This document shows positions 18,474 through 28,673 of a stretch of DNA of 64,000 bases, piece by piece (position 1 is the stretch's first letter; each line of letters starts with the position of its first letter). Below the pieces are notes generated by a model. The model did not search any database and had not been told where the DNA came from. It saw only the letters and a list, made by a program, of their open reading frames with translations. Source of the stretch: Candidatus Hydrogenedentota bacterium (GTDB lineage: Bacteria; Hydrogenedentota; Hydrogenedentia; Hydrogenedentales; SLHB01). A program made the translations under genes and the position numbers. The stretch lies in contig CAVUWV010000015.1 in the NCBI GenBank assembly GCA_963745075.1, forward strand, positions 128,001 to 192,000. The letters are read 5' to 3'.

Positions 18474-19535
18474 CTACGCCCGAAACAGGCTATGACCGAT
18501 CCCCATGGCTTGCCGGCAGGATTCCACGGTTTCCAGGGCGACGGGCGTGACTTTCCTGGCGTTTTCGCGAAGGAATTCTTCGACGGATTCCGGCGTATTG
18601 TCGGGGGCATTGAAGCCGTCGATGATGGGCGCGTTGAACTTGGACACGTATTCCGCCAAGGTCGTCTTCAGCGTTCCGTAGAACTTCTCTCCCCGGCGGT
18701 ATTTACCCACAAAGTCGAGATAAACGTCTTCCGGCGCCAGCAACGCCAGCAGACGGTACAGGGCACCGACACTGTTCGGCATCTTAGGGATTACCGTGTC
18801 GGGTTCGTTGCTCTCCACGTCCAGGGGCTCGGGATCGGTCGTGGTCTGAACCCCCTTAATCTTTTTCAGGACCGTCTTTGGATCGTCCAACAGGTCCAAC
18901 GTATTGTTGTCGCTCTTCCCCATCTTCGCGGCGCCGTCCAAACCCGGAAGACGCAGCGCGTTCCGCTCGACGGCGCGCGGGATCGACAGGGTCTCCCCGA
19001 AGCGGTGGTTGAACTTTTGCGCGATATCGATGGCCATTTCTACGTGCTGGCGCTGGTCATCCCCCACCGGGACCTGGGTGGCACGCACGATCAAGATATC
19101 CGCCGCCATGAGCACCGGGTATCCTAGCAACCCGAACGACAGGGGGTTGCCCTCCATGCCTTGGTTCCCCTCGGCCAGCTTGCTCATCTTGTCCTTGTAG
19201 GTGGTCCCGCGTTCGAGATGGCCGATATTCGTGATCATGCCCAGGAGGAGCGACAGTTCCGCCGTGCACGGCAGGTCACTCTGACGGTAGATGACCGACC
19301 GGACCGGGTCGAGCCCGCAGGCGACGTAGGTCCGCAGCATATCGAGGGTTTGCTGGTAGATGTCGACGCGTTCGGTCGCCGTGGTCAGGGCATGGTAATC
19401 GGCGATGAAGTAGTAGCACTGATGGCCCTTCTCCTGAAGGTCGATAAAACTCTTGATCGCGCCGAAGTAGTTGCCATAGTGCAAGCGCCCGGTCGGGCGG
19501 ATACCCGAGAGAATGATTTCCGATTTGGCTGACAT
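18474..19535 (-). CDS. trpS: Tryptophan--tRNA ligase
   Basis: SGIRPTG.LHYGNY (HIGH-like), ADYHA, YPVLMAADIL, VPVGDDQRQH, KMGKS. Start moved to ATG 19535 (MSAKSE). Confidence 0.96.
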   Translation of the reverse strand: MSAKSEIILSGIRPTGRLHYGNYFGAIKSFIDLQEKGHQCYYFIADYHALTTATERVDIYQQTLDMLRTYVACGLDPVRSVIYRQSDLPCTAELSLLLGMITNIGHLERGTTYKDKMSKLAEGNQGMEGNPLSFGLLGYPVLMAADILIVRATQVPVGDDQRQHVEMAIDIAQKFNHRFGETLSIPRAVERNALRLPGLDGAAKMGKSDNNTLDLLDDPKTVLKKIKGVQTTTDPEPLDVESNEPDTVIPKMPNSVGALYRLLALLAPEDVYLDFVGKYRRGEKFYGTLKTTLAEYVSKFNAPIIDGFNAPDNTPESVEEFLRENARKVTPVALETVESCRQAMGIGHSLFRA

Positions 19536-19785
19536 GATCGTCCTTTTTCTCACAAAACATGCCGGCACGCACCCACCTGGGGGGTAAAACGCCGCCGGCG
19601 AAGCCTCAACGCAGGGATTCCGCGCTAGGATACCGGAATGGGCACGGATTCTTCCAACCGGCGTCGATTAAATACGATTGATCGCCTTCGCACCCACGAG
19701 CCATTAATGAAAGAAGCAGCCGTATCGACTGGATTATTGCGTTGACGGGTACTGACCTTGGTGCTATTCTGCGGCGGGGAGACCT

Positions 19786-20415
19786 ATGATGCGTCGACAA
19801 CATCTTCGCGGCTTCAGCCTGGTCGAGACCCTCGTGGTGATGGCGATCATCGCCATTCTCATGGCGCTTTACCTGCCCGTACTTTCCAAAGCTATGCGCA
19901 AGGCGCAGGAAGTCGCTGTCAAGGAAGGGTTCCGCCAGGAAAAACTCGGCCGGATGGCAGACAATGCCAACAGTGCGGGCCGGGATCTGGGTCCCGCTCC
20001 CGATCGGGAAAAGTGCCGGGAAGCGTTTCGCCAGAAGGTAAACAACGTCATCGCCACGGAAATGCTCTATATCGTGGAAAGCGATGACGAGTTCCGGGCG
20101 TACTGGAACACAATGATCAATCCGGCTGCGTCCGGCCCCCTATCGTATACTCGCTCCGGCGATCTCATCGCGCAGGACGAATTCGGCGTCGAGTACGTCC
20201 TGCCGAGGGTGGATAAGTTCCTGGACGACAATTCGCCGTTTGCGATTGGCTGGGAATTCATTTCGACGGACTTGATGGATACCTCCTCCGGAACCATCGG
20301 CACCAATGTGTTGTACAACGACGGCCATGTCGTGTATGTCCGCTACCCCAAAGAGTTTCCCGCAAGTAAGACGGTTGCCGAATTGTCGCACCGCTTCGTC
20401 GAAGAGTACTTGTAA
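19786..20415 (+). CDS. Prepilin-type N-terminal cleavage/methylation protein with H-X9-DG-like C-terminal motif
   Basis: RG/FSLVETLVVMAIIAIL..LP class III signal; GTNVLYNDGHV. Confidence 0.85.
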   Translation: MMRRQHLRGFSLVETLVVMAIIAILMALYLPVLSKAMRKAQEVAVKEGFRQEKLGRMADNANSAGRDLGPAPDREKCREAFRQKVNNVIATEMLYIVESDDEFRAYWNTMINPAASGPLSYTRSGDLIAQDEFGVEYVLPRVDKFLDDNSPFAIGWEFISTDLMDTSSGTIGTNVLYNDGHVVYVRYPKEFPASKTVAELSHRFVEEYL

Positions 20416-20568
20416 GGCGGAGCTTTCCCAACATCTCGATCGAGTGACAAAAAACGTCGTTCAGAACCCGACGTAGTCACTCAAGAAACCGCGTCCGGCT
20501 TGCCTACCATCTTCTCGTATCTTCCTATCGTCCACGCAGATCTGGATTTACGTCACACGACCCAATGT

Positions 20569-20583
20569 TGGCACGCGTGTTGC
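20569..20583 (+). promoter_or_regulatory. Sigma54 (-24/-12) promoter for the pilin gene
   Basis: TGGCAC-GCGTG-TTGC, exact TGGCAC-N5-TTGC consensus about 105 nt upstream of the pilin start. Confidence 0.75.
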
Positions 20584-20688
20584 CTTCCCTCCACGACATT
20601 GGGACTTTAGTGAAGTCGGCACTTCGAGACACAGAGCGCCGATGGTGGAAACGAAAGATAGGTTCGAAGAAACGTGGAGGACATGGTT

Positions 20689-21183
20689 ATGAAAGCAACG
20701 AAGAAATCCGGTTTCACGCTGATCGAGTTGATGATCGTGGTCGCGATAATCGCGATCATCGCGGCTATCGCCATTCCGAACCTGCTGCGTTCGCGCATGA
20801 GTGCGAATGAAGCGGGCGCGGCGGGCGCCATGCGCACCATTTCGACGGGTGAAGTGGCGTTCCAAACTGCGGCCTTTGTCGACACCGATACCGACGGTGT
20901 GGGTGACTACGGCACGCTGGCCCAATTGGCCGACCCCGATGGCGGCGGCGCCACGCCTCCGTTCATTGATTCGGTTCTCGGCAATGGCCAGAAGCATGGC
21001 TACACCTTCACGGTTGCGGTCACCAACGGTACGGCCGCCACAATGCCGGCCTACACCTGCACGGCGATTCCGGCTGCGGCAGGCCGCACGGGCTATCGTC
21101 AGTACTTCGTCGACGAGTCCGGCGTGATTCGCTTCACCGCGGACGGCACGGCGGTTAGCGTCGCCTCGTCTCCGTTGAACTAA
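20689..21183 (+). CDS. Type IV pilin-like protein, probable major pilin
   Basis: SG/FTLIELMIVVAIIAIIAAIAIP; GGAGG 8 nt before ATG 20689; own promoter and terminator. Confidence 0.88.
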   Translation: MKATKKSGFTLIELMIVVAIIAIIAAIAIPNLLRSRMSANEAGAAGAMRTISTGEVAFQTAAFVDTDTDGVGDYGTLAQLADPDGGGATPPFIDSVLGNGQKHGYTFTVAVTNGTAATMPAYTCTAIPAAAGRTGYRQYFVDESGVIRFTADGTAVSVASSPLN

Positions 21184-21237
21184 CGAGGGATGGGGAAGTC
21201 CTAAGTGAAGGTATTCCAGGATATTACGACTTGAGGT

Positions 21238-21274
21238 TGGCGGCGGGGAGTGATATTCCCCGCCGCCATTGTTT
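21238..21274 (+). terminator. Intrinsic terminator after pilin gene
   Basis: TGGCGGCGGGGA-7 nt-TCCCCGCCGCCA perfect 12-bp stem followed by TTGTTT. Confidence 0.75.
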
Positions 21275-21508
21275 ATAATTATTGGCTGTCCGTTAGGACC
21301 TCGTCGGCGTACCTTTTTCAGAGGGTTGCAACAGTCGAGCTGCTGTGCGGTATACTCTACTATAGACAGAAAATGAAAATACGCAGTAAAAAAATTGTAG
21401 AAATCCGGCAGCATTTCGTCTATATTCGATGAGGCAGGAGTCGATAGCCTAGTTGGACTCGGTAGCTTACATCGCCGCGGGGGCGGTAGAAGGCCATGGA
21501 TTTGCTCC

Positions 21509-21823
21509 ATGATGGAATGTCAACTGACAAAGGCTGAGCAGCACGCAGTATTCGAATACCGGGCTCGTCTCGAACAAAGATACGGGCGAGATGTGTCTTT
21601 CGACGATGCGCTGGAGCTTTGGCTGGAGAATGAAGCGGTTGCGTGGCGCGAACAGCGTCAGCGGGCCTGCATGGCACGCCAGCGCGAGGAAATCAACCGG
21701 CATAAGTGGATAGAATCCGAAAAAGCCGGGAGGGACCTGGGCAAGGAAGCCGTCATGGATTGGATTACGAATAATGCCGCCTCGTGGCGTAAGTGGTTCG
21801 AGCAGGAGTGTCTAGATTCCTAG
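21509..21823 (+). CDS. DUF4032-like small protein with internal duplication
   Basis: EINRHKWIESEKAGRDLG.EA..DW motif; the first half has a similar YGRDVSFDDALELW. Confidence 0.7.
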   Translation: MMECQLTKAEQHAVFEYRARLEQRYGRDVSFDDALELWLENEAVAWREQRQRACMARQREEINRHKWIESEKAGRDLGKEAVMDWITNNAASWRKWFEQECLDS

Positions 21824-21998
21824 CACCAATCTCCGGCCGTTCCAGATCGGCCGATACAGACGGCCTGCCGGAATACGCTCCCTCCGCGTAAGCAGAGAAC
21901 GCTTCCAGAATTCCCCCTGAGCCTGTACACTAAGAGTAGATTCTGCACTGCTTCGGATTGGGGACGCGTGGAGAATCCAACAAGGGGAAGCAGCGGCC

Positions 21999-24368
21999 GT
22001 GCAGGTTCCGGTATCACCTGAAATCAACGAATTGCTGGACGACGCTACCCAATTGAGCGTTCGCAGGGGGCAGTTCTTCGTCGGGGTAGACCACCTTTTC
22101 GAGGCGATGCTCGTCAAGCTGGACCTCTTCCCGCGAGCGTTCCGTAAGCAATACCAAGAAGCCCTTCGGGCGACCAGCCACGAGATGACCCGGGAAGCCT
22201 GGAATGGGCGAATGCCGACCTTCGGATCGGAAGTGTTCTACACGCCGCGGTGTGCCGGCGCAACAAGCGAGGCGGCCCGCCTCGCGCAGCGCATCAGCAA
22301 GTCAAGCCCCTCTGCGGGGCACCTTCTCCTCGCCATCATCGCCGATGCCCATGCCACGCCAAGCCGCGCCATGGACCGGCTGGGCCTGGCCCGTGGCGAC
22401 ATGATAAAGAGTCTGCGACTGGAACTCAGCAAAGGCGCGCCCACACGCCGCCCGTCGAAACGCTCGGAGAAGGCGTCGGAACCGGAACGGCAGTTGGAAC
22501 ACGCCCTGAGCGGTCCCCAGGTTATCGAATCGCCTCAATTTGACGGCGACCAACCCGGTCAAAAACGCGCAGACAACTTAACCCGCGATCTCACGGAAGT
22601 CGCTCACCGCGGCAAGATCGAGCCTGCGATCGGGCGCAATCAGGAAATCCTCACGCTGCTGGAGATCCTCACGCGAAAGACCAAGAACAACGTGATTCTC
22701 GTGGGCGAGGCTGGGGTCGGCAAGACCAGCATCGTGGAAGGGCTGGCGTGGGCGGCCGCGAACAATAAAGCGGGAGGCCTTCTCCGGGGATATCGCATCC
22801 TCGAACTGAATATGGCCGCATTGATGGCAGGCACGCAGTACCGGGGGGCCTTCGAAGAGAAGCTCATGGGGCTCATCGAACAGCTTCGTGAAGCGAAAGA
22901 TACCGTGTTATTCATCGACGAGATTCATCTGGTCATGGGAGCGGGCTCGACCGAGGGCGGATCCATCGACATGGCGAACCTCTTGAAACCGGCGCTTTCC
23001 CGAGGAGAAATCCGCTGTATCGGCGCCACGACCATGCAGGAATATCGCAAATTCGTCGAGCGAGACCCGGCGTTGGAACGCCGTTTCCAGATGTACCGTG
23101 TGGAGGAGTTGAGCCCTTCCGCAACGTGGCAGGTGCTGACCCATCTGAAACCCATTCTTGAAGATCACCATGGCGTTCACATCAGCCGCAAGGCGCTTCA
23201 TGCGGCTATCTCGTTGACACAACGGTACATGCCCAACCGTCAACTCCCCGATAAAGCGATTGACGCGATCGATCAAGCATGCTCTCGTTACCGGCTCAAG
23301 ACCGTTGCGTCCCAAGGCCACGGATTTGCTTTGGACAGCGATACGCCGCCCGGCGACAAAGTGACCCCCCACGACGTGCGCAAAGTCATAAGCCGCATGG
23401 CCGGCGTCCCGATCGAGGAGATTACCGCCGAGGAGCGGATCCGGCTGGGCGATCTCGAACGGAAGATCCGAAAGCGCATCATCGGACAGGACGAGGCGGT
23501 GTCACGAGCCGTCGCGGCCGTCAAACGCGCCCGGGCCGGTCTTGGCGATCCGAATCGACCGGAGGCGGTAATGCTGTTCCTCGGCCCGACGGGTGTCGGG
23601 AAGACGCAGCTTGCCAAGATCCTTGCGAACTATCTCTTTGGATCCAAAGACCACTTGGTCACCTTTGACATGTCCGAGTATATCGAAGAGCATTCCGTAT
23701 CGCGGTTATTGGGGGCGCCGCCCGGCTACAAGGGCAGCGACGAGGAAGGCCGTTTGGCTCAAGCGATCCGCAGCCACCCCTTCTCCATCCTGTTGTTTGA
23801 CGAAATTGAGAAAGCCCATCGGCGTGTATTCGATATCTTCCTGCCCATCCTGGACGAAGGCCGGATGCGGGATTCCCGCGGTCGCGAGGTGAGCTTCCGG
23901 AATAGCATCATTATCTTCACGTCAAACATGGGCGCCGCGTATCTCCATCGAACGGACCGCCCGGCCGAAAACAACCAACTCATGGAGGAACTGCGGCGCC
24001 GGTTCCGTCCCGAATTCATCAACCGGATCGACGAGATTGTGCCCTTCTATCCGCTCGTATTCGAGGACGTTCGGACGATGCTGAAGTTGTGCCTGAGTGA
24101 AGTAAACGAGCGGTTGCGGGAAAAGCAGATCCGCCTGCGCGTGTACCAAGGCGCATACGAACATCTCGCACAACAAGGGTATCACCCCGATTTGGGCGCT
24201 CGGGAAATGCGGCGCACCGTGGATCGGCTCGTGATGAATCCGATCGGTTCCATGCTGTTGGAAGGACAGGTCCAATCCGGCGACACAATCGAGGTCCTAC
24301 AGGAAAACGGCGGGCTTGTCTTCCGCAATGGCGAAGCGCCGAAAGAACATGAGGCGGTGTCATCGTGA
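21999..24368 (+). CDS. Clp/Hsp100 class 1 double AAA+ ATPase
   Basis: Clp-N-like domain, GEAGVGKT, FIDEIH, ALERRF, LPDKAID, GPTGVGKT, GAPPGY, FDEIEKAH, FRPEFINRID. Confidence 0.95.
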   Translation: MQVPVSPEINELLDDATQLSVRRGQFFVGVDHLFEAMLVKLDLFPRAFRKQYQEALRATSHEMTREAWNGRMPTFGSEVFYTPRCAGATSEAARLAQRISKSSPSAGHLLLAIIADAHATPSRAMDRLGLARGDMIKSLRLELSKGAPTRRPSKRSEKASEPERQLEHALSGPQVIESPQFDGDQPGQKRADNLTRDLTEVAHRGKIEPAIGRNQEILTLLEILTRKTKNNVILVGEAGVGKTSIVEGLAWAAANNKAGGLLRGYRILELNMAALMAGTQYRGAFEEKLMGLIEQLREAKDTVLFIDEIHLVMGAGSTEGGSIDMANLLKPALSRGEIRCIGATTMQEYRKFVERDPALERRFQMYRVEELSPSATWQVLTHLKPILEDHHGVHISRKALHAAISLTQRYMPNRQLPDKAIDAIDQACSRYRLKTVASQGHGFALDSDTPPGDKVTPHDVRKVISRMAGVPIEEITAEERIRLGDLERKIRKRIIGQDEAVSRAVAAVKRARAGLGDPNRPEAVMLFLGPTGVGKTQLAKILANYLFGSKDHLVTFDMSEYIEEHSVSRLLGAPPGYKGSDEEGRLAQAIRSHPFSILLFDEIEKAHRRVFDIFLPILDEGRMRDSRGREVSFRNSIIIFTSNMGAAYLHRTDRPAENNQLMEELRRRFRPEFINRIDEIVPFYPLVFEDVRTMLKLCLSEVNERLREKQIRLRVYQGAYEHLAQQGYHPDLGAREMRRTVDRLVMNPIGSMLLEGQVQSGDTIEVLQENGGLVFRNGEAPKEHEAVSS

Positions 24369-24937
24369 GGGCTGCGGGTCAAGCGGATTGTTTCGTGATT
24401 GTGAATGGGCCGGAAGACGGCACGGAGTATCCCGTCGTTCGGGCGCCCTTTCACATCGGAAGCCATTCAACCTGCCCGGTACAAATCCGGCTGGACACTA
24501 ACGTCGAAGACCATCATGCGCTGATCACCGTGGTTTCGGACGGTTACCGCGTGCGGAAAACGAATCGCAAACCCATCCTCGTGAATGGGAAACAGGCCGG
24601 CAGCTTGCGCTCGCGCATCGTTCGGAATGGTGGGACCATCCAAGTGGGCAGCACGTTGATCGCCGTGGATTGTTCGCCGGACGGGCTCGCCAGACGCAGC
24701 CGCGGCATCGTGTACGAAAGCGATTTCGGATGGGCCGTGCAGCGGGGCATGAGAAATGCGGTTCGCCTCGTTCGCCGTGGCGTGTCGTTTGTATTCGATC
24801 TGGTTCGTCGTATCGCAACGAGTTGGCTGGCGATACTATCGATCCTGTTCTTGCTGATGGTATTCTGGCCCGCCTTCCGCTATTGGGTGACGAGTTGGAT
24901 CCGCTATGCGTATTGGGTCGTGACCTCGGGGCTTTGA
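24365..24937 (+). CDS. FHA-like domain protein with C-terminal TM helix
   Basis: NGPEDGTEY..FHIG..HHA..VNG..GGTIQVG FHA fold pattern; hydrophobic WLAILSILFLLMVFW; GTGA overlap with Clp gene. Confidence 0.75.
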   Translation: MRAAGQADCFVIVNGPEDGTEYPVVRAPFHIGSHSTCPVQIRLDTNVEDHHALITVVSDGYRVRKTNRKPILVNGKQAGSLRSRIVRNGGTIQVGSTLIAVDCSPDGLARRSRGIVYESDFGWAVQRGMRNAVRLVRRGVSFVFDLVRRIATSWLAILSILFLLMVFWPAFRYWVTSWIRYAYWVVTSGL

Positions 24938-24951
24938 ATGCCGTCATCGAA

Positions 24952-26277
24952 TCACGGGGCGATTTCGAGCGCGATCGCCACCATGGCCTGGTCGTCGTTT
25001 TGTGGTTGGCCCTGCTGATGGGCTTCCAGGCCATGGGTCACCGCCTGAATTACGTCGGCCGGATCGCCGCTGGAAGCACTAAACACCTCCGCCAGCGCTT
25101 TCTCGCCAAACATCCGATCGGCCGGCGACCGCGATTCGGTGATGCCGTCCGTATACAGCAGCAGGGTTTGTCCGGCACTCAGGTCGAGTTCCCGGGTTTC
25201 GTATGACACCGTATTCTCCACTCCCACGGGGATTCCATCCGTTCGCGCGAGGACGTTCACCGAGCCGTCGCTATTGCGCAGCAGGGGTATGTTGTGACCC
25301 GCGGATGCGTACGTCGCCCGTTTCGCGGCAGAGTCGTAAACGAACAAGAACGCGGTCACGAAGTTTCCATTGATGGCCTTGGCGGCGATGTGACGGTTCA
25401 GTTGCGTAAGAAGTTGGCCGGGTTCAGTCGCACGCTCGGCCAAGGCCGCCACCAGCGACGATAACATGGCAACCACGACCGCGGCCGCGACACCGTGACC
25501 GGATACGTCCGCAATCAACACACCCCACGGTCCGGGATCATTCGCGGCGGTTTCCGGGCATCGTCCCATGGGAAACACATCGTACAAGTCGCCGCCCGCA
25601 CGGTCAAAGGATCGATACGACGCCGCGATGCGGAGACCGGGAATCTGCGGCATGGCGCCGGGCAGCAGGCCTTGCTGGATCAGGGCGATCTCGTCGACTT
25701 CGCGGTGAATCCATTGCGTAGCCTGGACGAGTTCCTGGTTCGCGCGTTTAATATTGGTGATTCCGGCCATGAGATTGGCCTGCAGGACGCGCATCTCAAC
25801 GTCAAACGACGTGAGACCTTCCGGGTCGACCATCATGAAAAAGAGCCAATTGAGCGCTCGGTCCTGGTCGAATACCGGGATTCCCACGAGAACCTGATAG
25901 GGTGCGAGACGGTTCTCGAGAACGGGATCGTCACTCACCTGAAGGTTGCGGAACACGACCGGACGATCCCCTTGAATCACATCACCGATAACACCGCCCG
26001 TGACGACGGGCGCGTCCGGACCCGCGAACTCGATGTCCTGCGAATAGTCGAGCCCTGCGCCTCGCTGATTGAGGAAGCGCATGACGCGGTAATGCCCCTC
26101 TGGCACGTTCCGAAGGGAAACGGAAATCAGCCCTTGTTCACCGTAGAGCCGCCGCATACCGCTTGCATATCGGTTTATGGAACGCACGGGGTCGGGGTCC
26201 ATCCCAATCGCGCGCACCATTTCGATAAGCGCGGCGATCCGATCGCGGTTTGATTCGTCTCGGTACGTTTGCGTCAT
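24952..26277 (-). CDS. PP2C/SpoIIE-family (RsbU-like) phosphatase with N-terminal GAF-like region
   Basis: IQQGLLP, GGDLYD, IADVSGHG, SAGH, LYTDGITE, DDQA. Confidence 0.93.
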   Translation of the reverse strand: MTQTYRDESNRDRIAALIEMVRAIGMDPDPVRSINRYASGMRRLYGEQGLISVSLRNVPEGHYRVMRFLNQRGAGLDYSQDIEFAGPDAPVVTGGVIGDVIQGDRPVVFRNLQVSDDPVLENRLAPYQVLVGIPVFDQDRALNWLFFMMVDPEGLTSFDVEMRVLQANLMAGITNIKRANQELVQATQWIHREVDEIALIQQGLLPGAMPQIPGLRIAASYRSFDRAGGDLYDVFPMGRCPETAANDPGPWGVLIADVSGHGVAAAVVVAMLSSLVAALAERATEPGQLLTQLNRHIAAKAINGNFVTAFLFVYDSAAKRATYASAGHNIPLLRNSDGSVNVLARTDGIPVGVENTVSYETRELDLSAGQTLLLYTDGITESRSPADRMFGEKALAEVFSASSGDPADVIQAVTHGLEAHQQGQPQNDDQAMVAIALEIAP

Positions 26278-26305
26278 GGAGCCTCCGAACGAAGCGGTCG
26301 CGGGT

Positions 26306-27706
26306 TCACGACGATAGTGGATACGGGTCGGACGCGACGTGCAGCCATTTTTGAAGCATCGTGTGATGTCGATCGCGAACCGTTTTCAGGTTGGGATCGT
26401 CATAGCGATTGGTCATTTGGTAAGGGTCCGAATCGTTGTCAAACAGCCATCGATCCCCCTCCACCAGTACCGCGTACGTGTAGCGCCGGCTGCGTACACC
26501 ACGAAAAATGGGCGCCGGATGGTCGTTGCCATGGGACGCATTCTCCTTGGAGATGTGCATGAGGAACTGCGACTCCGGGTCGGGCCCGCGGCCTCGTAGT
26601 GCGTGACCGGAGAAGTCCTGTCCGCGGAACTCCTCGGGGATCGGGATGCCGGCCAACCCGCAGAGCGTAGGAGCGATATCGATGGCGCCGAACAGCGCAT
26701 CGATCTTCTGCCTCTGCCGAACATTTCGGGGGCAACGGACAATGAATGGCACCCGTATCGATTCCTCGTACGGCTCCCGTTTGCTGCCGACGCCGTGGGA
26801 TCCGAACATGGACCCGTGGTCGGACGAGTACACGAGAATCGTGTCGTCCACGATTCCCAGTTCGTCCAACGTATCCATAACACGCCCCAATTCATCGTCG
26901 ATGGCGCTGATGTGCGCGTGATACCCGCGATAATGCGCCCAATCGTTCGCGTTGAGCACATTCTGGTCCTCACCCGGTTTGAGTTCGAGGCCGCTGGTGT
27001 TGGGGCGTCGCGGGAGTGAGTTCTCCGGATACAACGCAAGCTTCGATTCGGGTGCGTCAAGAAAATTCGAGTGCGGCGGATTGAGCGATACCATCAGAAA
27101 AAAGGGGGCATCCCGATGCGCGCGCATGTACTCGAGCGCCTGGTCGGTCATCAGGGTGGCGTTGTACCCCTTGGGCTGGACCGGGTCGCCGTCGGCCGGG
27201 TAATACATTGATTCGTCCCAATGCGTGTTGGTGCGTTCCCAAATCAAAGACCGATCGAAACCGAAAGGTTCCGCACGCCGCCCGCCGAGATGCCATTTCC
27301 CAATGTAGCCGGTGTGATATCCCGCTTGTTGAAACGCCTTGCCGATAGTCATCTGGTCAGACGAAAGGGGAATGCCGTTATCAATCACACCCTGCTCGTA
27401 AGGCCAGCGGCCCGTCAGCAGCATGGCGCGATACGGCGAGCACACGGGATAGTTGCTGATGCAGTGCGTATACTCGGTCCCTTGTTCAGCGAGGCGGTCC
27501 ATATTCGGGGTGTGAACTTGGGGAAGTTCCGTGTGCGCCATGGACTGCCAGCGGTGTTCGTCGCTGAAGAGATAGACGATGTTCGGACGCCGTTCGATGG
27601 GCTTCTCGCCCACGGCTGCATACCCTTTCGCAGCGGCGATTCCCGCCCCTGCTGCGACGCCCAGAAACCCGCGTCGCGTCAGGTCTATCTTCTCTCTAAT
27701 GGCCAT
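26306..27706 (-). CDS. Tat-exported formylglycine-type sulfatase
   Basis: TRRGFL twin-arginine signal, PNIV..SDEHR, CSPYR, GKWHL, SDHG. Confidence 0.95.
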   Translation of the reverse strand: MAIREKIDLTRRGFLGVAAGAGIAAAKGYAAVGEKPIERRPNIVYLFSDEHRWQSMAHTELPQVHTPNMDRLAEQGTEYTHCISNYPVCSPYRAMLLTGRWPYEQGVIDNGIPLSSDQMTIGKAFQQAGYHTGYIGKWHLGGRRAEPFGFDRSLIWERTNTHWDESMYYPADGDPVQPKGYNATLMTDQALEYMRAHRDAPFFLMVSLNPPHSNFLDAPESKLALYPENSLPRRPNTSGLELKPGEDQNVLNANDWAHYRGYHAHISAIDDELGRVMDTLDELGIVDDTILVYSSDHGSMFGSHGVGSKREPYEESIRVPFIVRCPRNVRQRQKIDALFGAIDIAPTLCGLAGIPIPEEFRGQDFSGHALRGRGPDPESQFLMHISKENASHGNDHPAPIFRGVRSRRYTYAVLVEGDRWLFDNDSDPYQMTNRYDDPNLKTVRDRHHTMLQKWLHVASDPYPLSS

Positions 27707-27755
27707 GGTGCCTATCTCCTTGCTAGTGACCGGTGCGTCGTGAAATCGCGGGCCA

Positions 27756-28619
27756 TCATCTTACCAAGCCGGTCATGGCTTCGCTAATGTCCCACAACCG
27801 CTTCGCGGCCGCGGCATCGTGCGACTCGGCCGAGGACGGTCGCCCGGTACAATTGACAAAGTACTTGCCCGTCACCCCTTCCACTTCGGGCGAGGAGGCG
27901 AGATAGATCGACGTAGCGGCGCCCCGCAAAGGGCTTCGCAACAGAAACCCGAACGTCTTCATCAGTAACCGTAGGGGGGTCGCCATGTCCCGCGTGATGT
28001 TGGTGCGGACGACACCGGGATGCAGGCAATTGGCGGTGACGCCGGTACCGTTCAGGCGGTGCGCCAACTCATAGGTGAAAAGCACGTTGGCCAGTTTGCT
28101 TTCCCCATAGACACGATAGGCGTGGTACGCCTTCGCGCGTCCGAGGTCGTCAAAATCGATCCGGCGCCCGGCATGCATGTCCGACGAGACGGTGATAATG
28201 CGAGACGGTGCAGATCGCCTCAGCGTGTCGAGCAGCAGGTTCGTGAGCAGAAAAGGTGCCAGATGGTTCACCGCGAACGTTGACTCGACGCCGTCCTCGG
28301 TGAGCCGGCGCTGGGTCGCGATGATTCCCGCATTGTTGATCAAGACGTGAAGCGCCTCGTGGGTATCCAGAACCCGTGCCACCAAGTCCCGCACCGATCG
28401 CTGCGACATGAAATCCGCCGTCAACAGACAGACCGATCCCGCGGAAGCAACGGACTCGATACGGCGTTTAACCTGGTCGCAGCGGTCCCGGTCGCGACCT
28501 GTGATGATGACCGACGCCCCTAACCGGGCGAGGCCCAGCGCGGTCGCGGCGCCAACGCCGGAACTCGCGCCGGTAATGAGACAAACTCTGCCATCCATGC
28601 GAGGTTGATTGAACGTCAT
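27756..28619 (-). CDS. SDR oxidoreductase, retinol-dehydrogenase-like
   Basis: TGASSGVG, NNAG, FAVNHLA, YGESKLAN, LHPG. Confidence 0.93.
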   Translation of the reverse strand: MTFNQPRMDGRVCLITGASSGVGAATALGLARLGASVIITGRDRDRCDQVKRRIESVASAGSVCLLTADFMSQRSVRDLVARVLDTHEALHVLINNAGIIATQRRLTEDGVESTFAVNHLAPFLLTNLLLDTLRRSAPSRIITVSSDMHAGRRIDFDDLGRAKAYHAYRVYGESKLANVLFTYELAHRLNGTGVTANCLHPGVVRTNITRDMATPLRLLMKTFGFLLRSPLRGAATSIYLASSPEVEGVTGKYFVNCTGRPSSAESHDAAAAKRLWDISEAMTGLVR

Positions 28620-28673
28620 CGAACGCCCCTTGGTTCAGGAACGGAATCATACACCATGCCCCGCAACGAACCG

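Noticed and set aside
21999..26277. Type VI secretion locus (ClpV, Fha, phosphatase)
   Set aside because: No TssB/C, Hcp, VgrG or baseplate genes; the phosphatase is SpoIIE-type and convergent.
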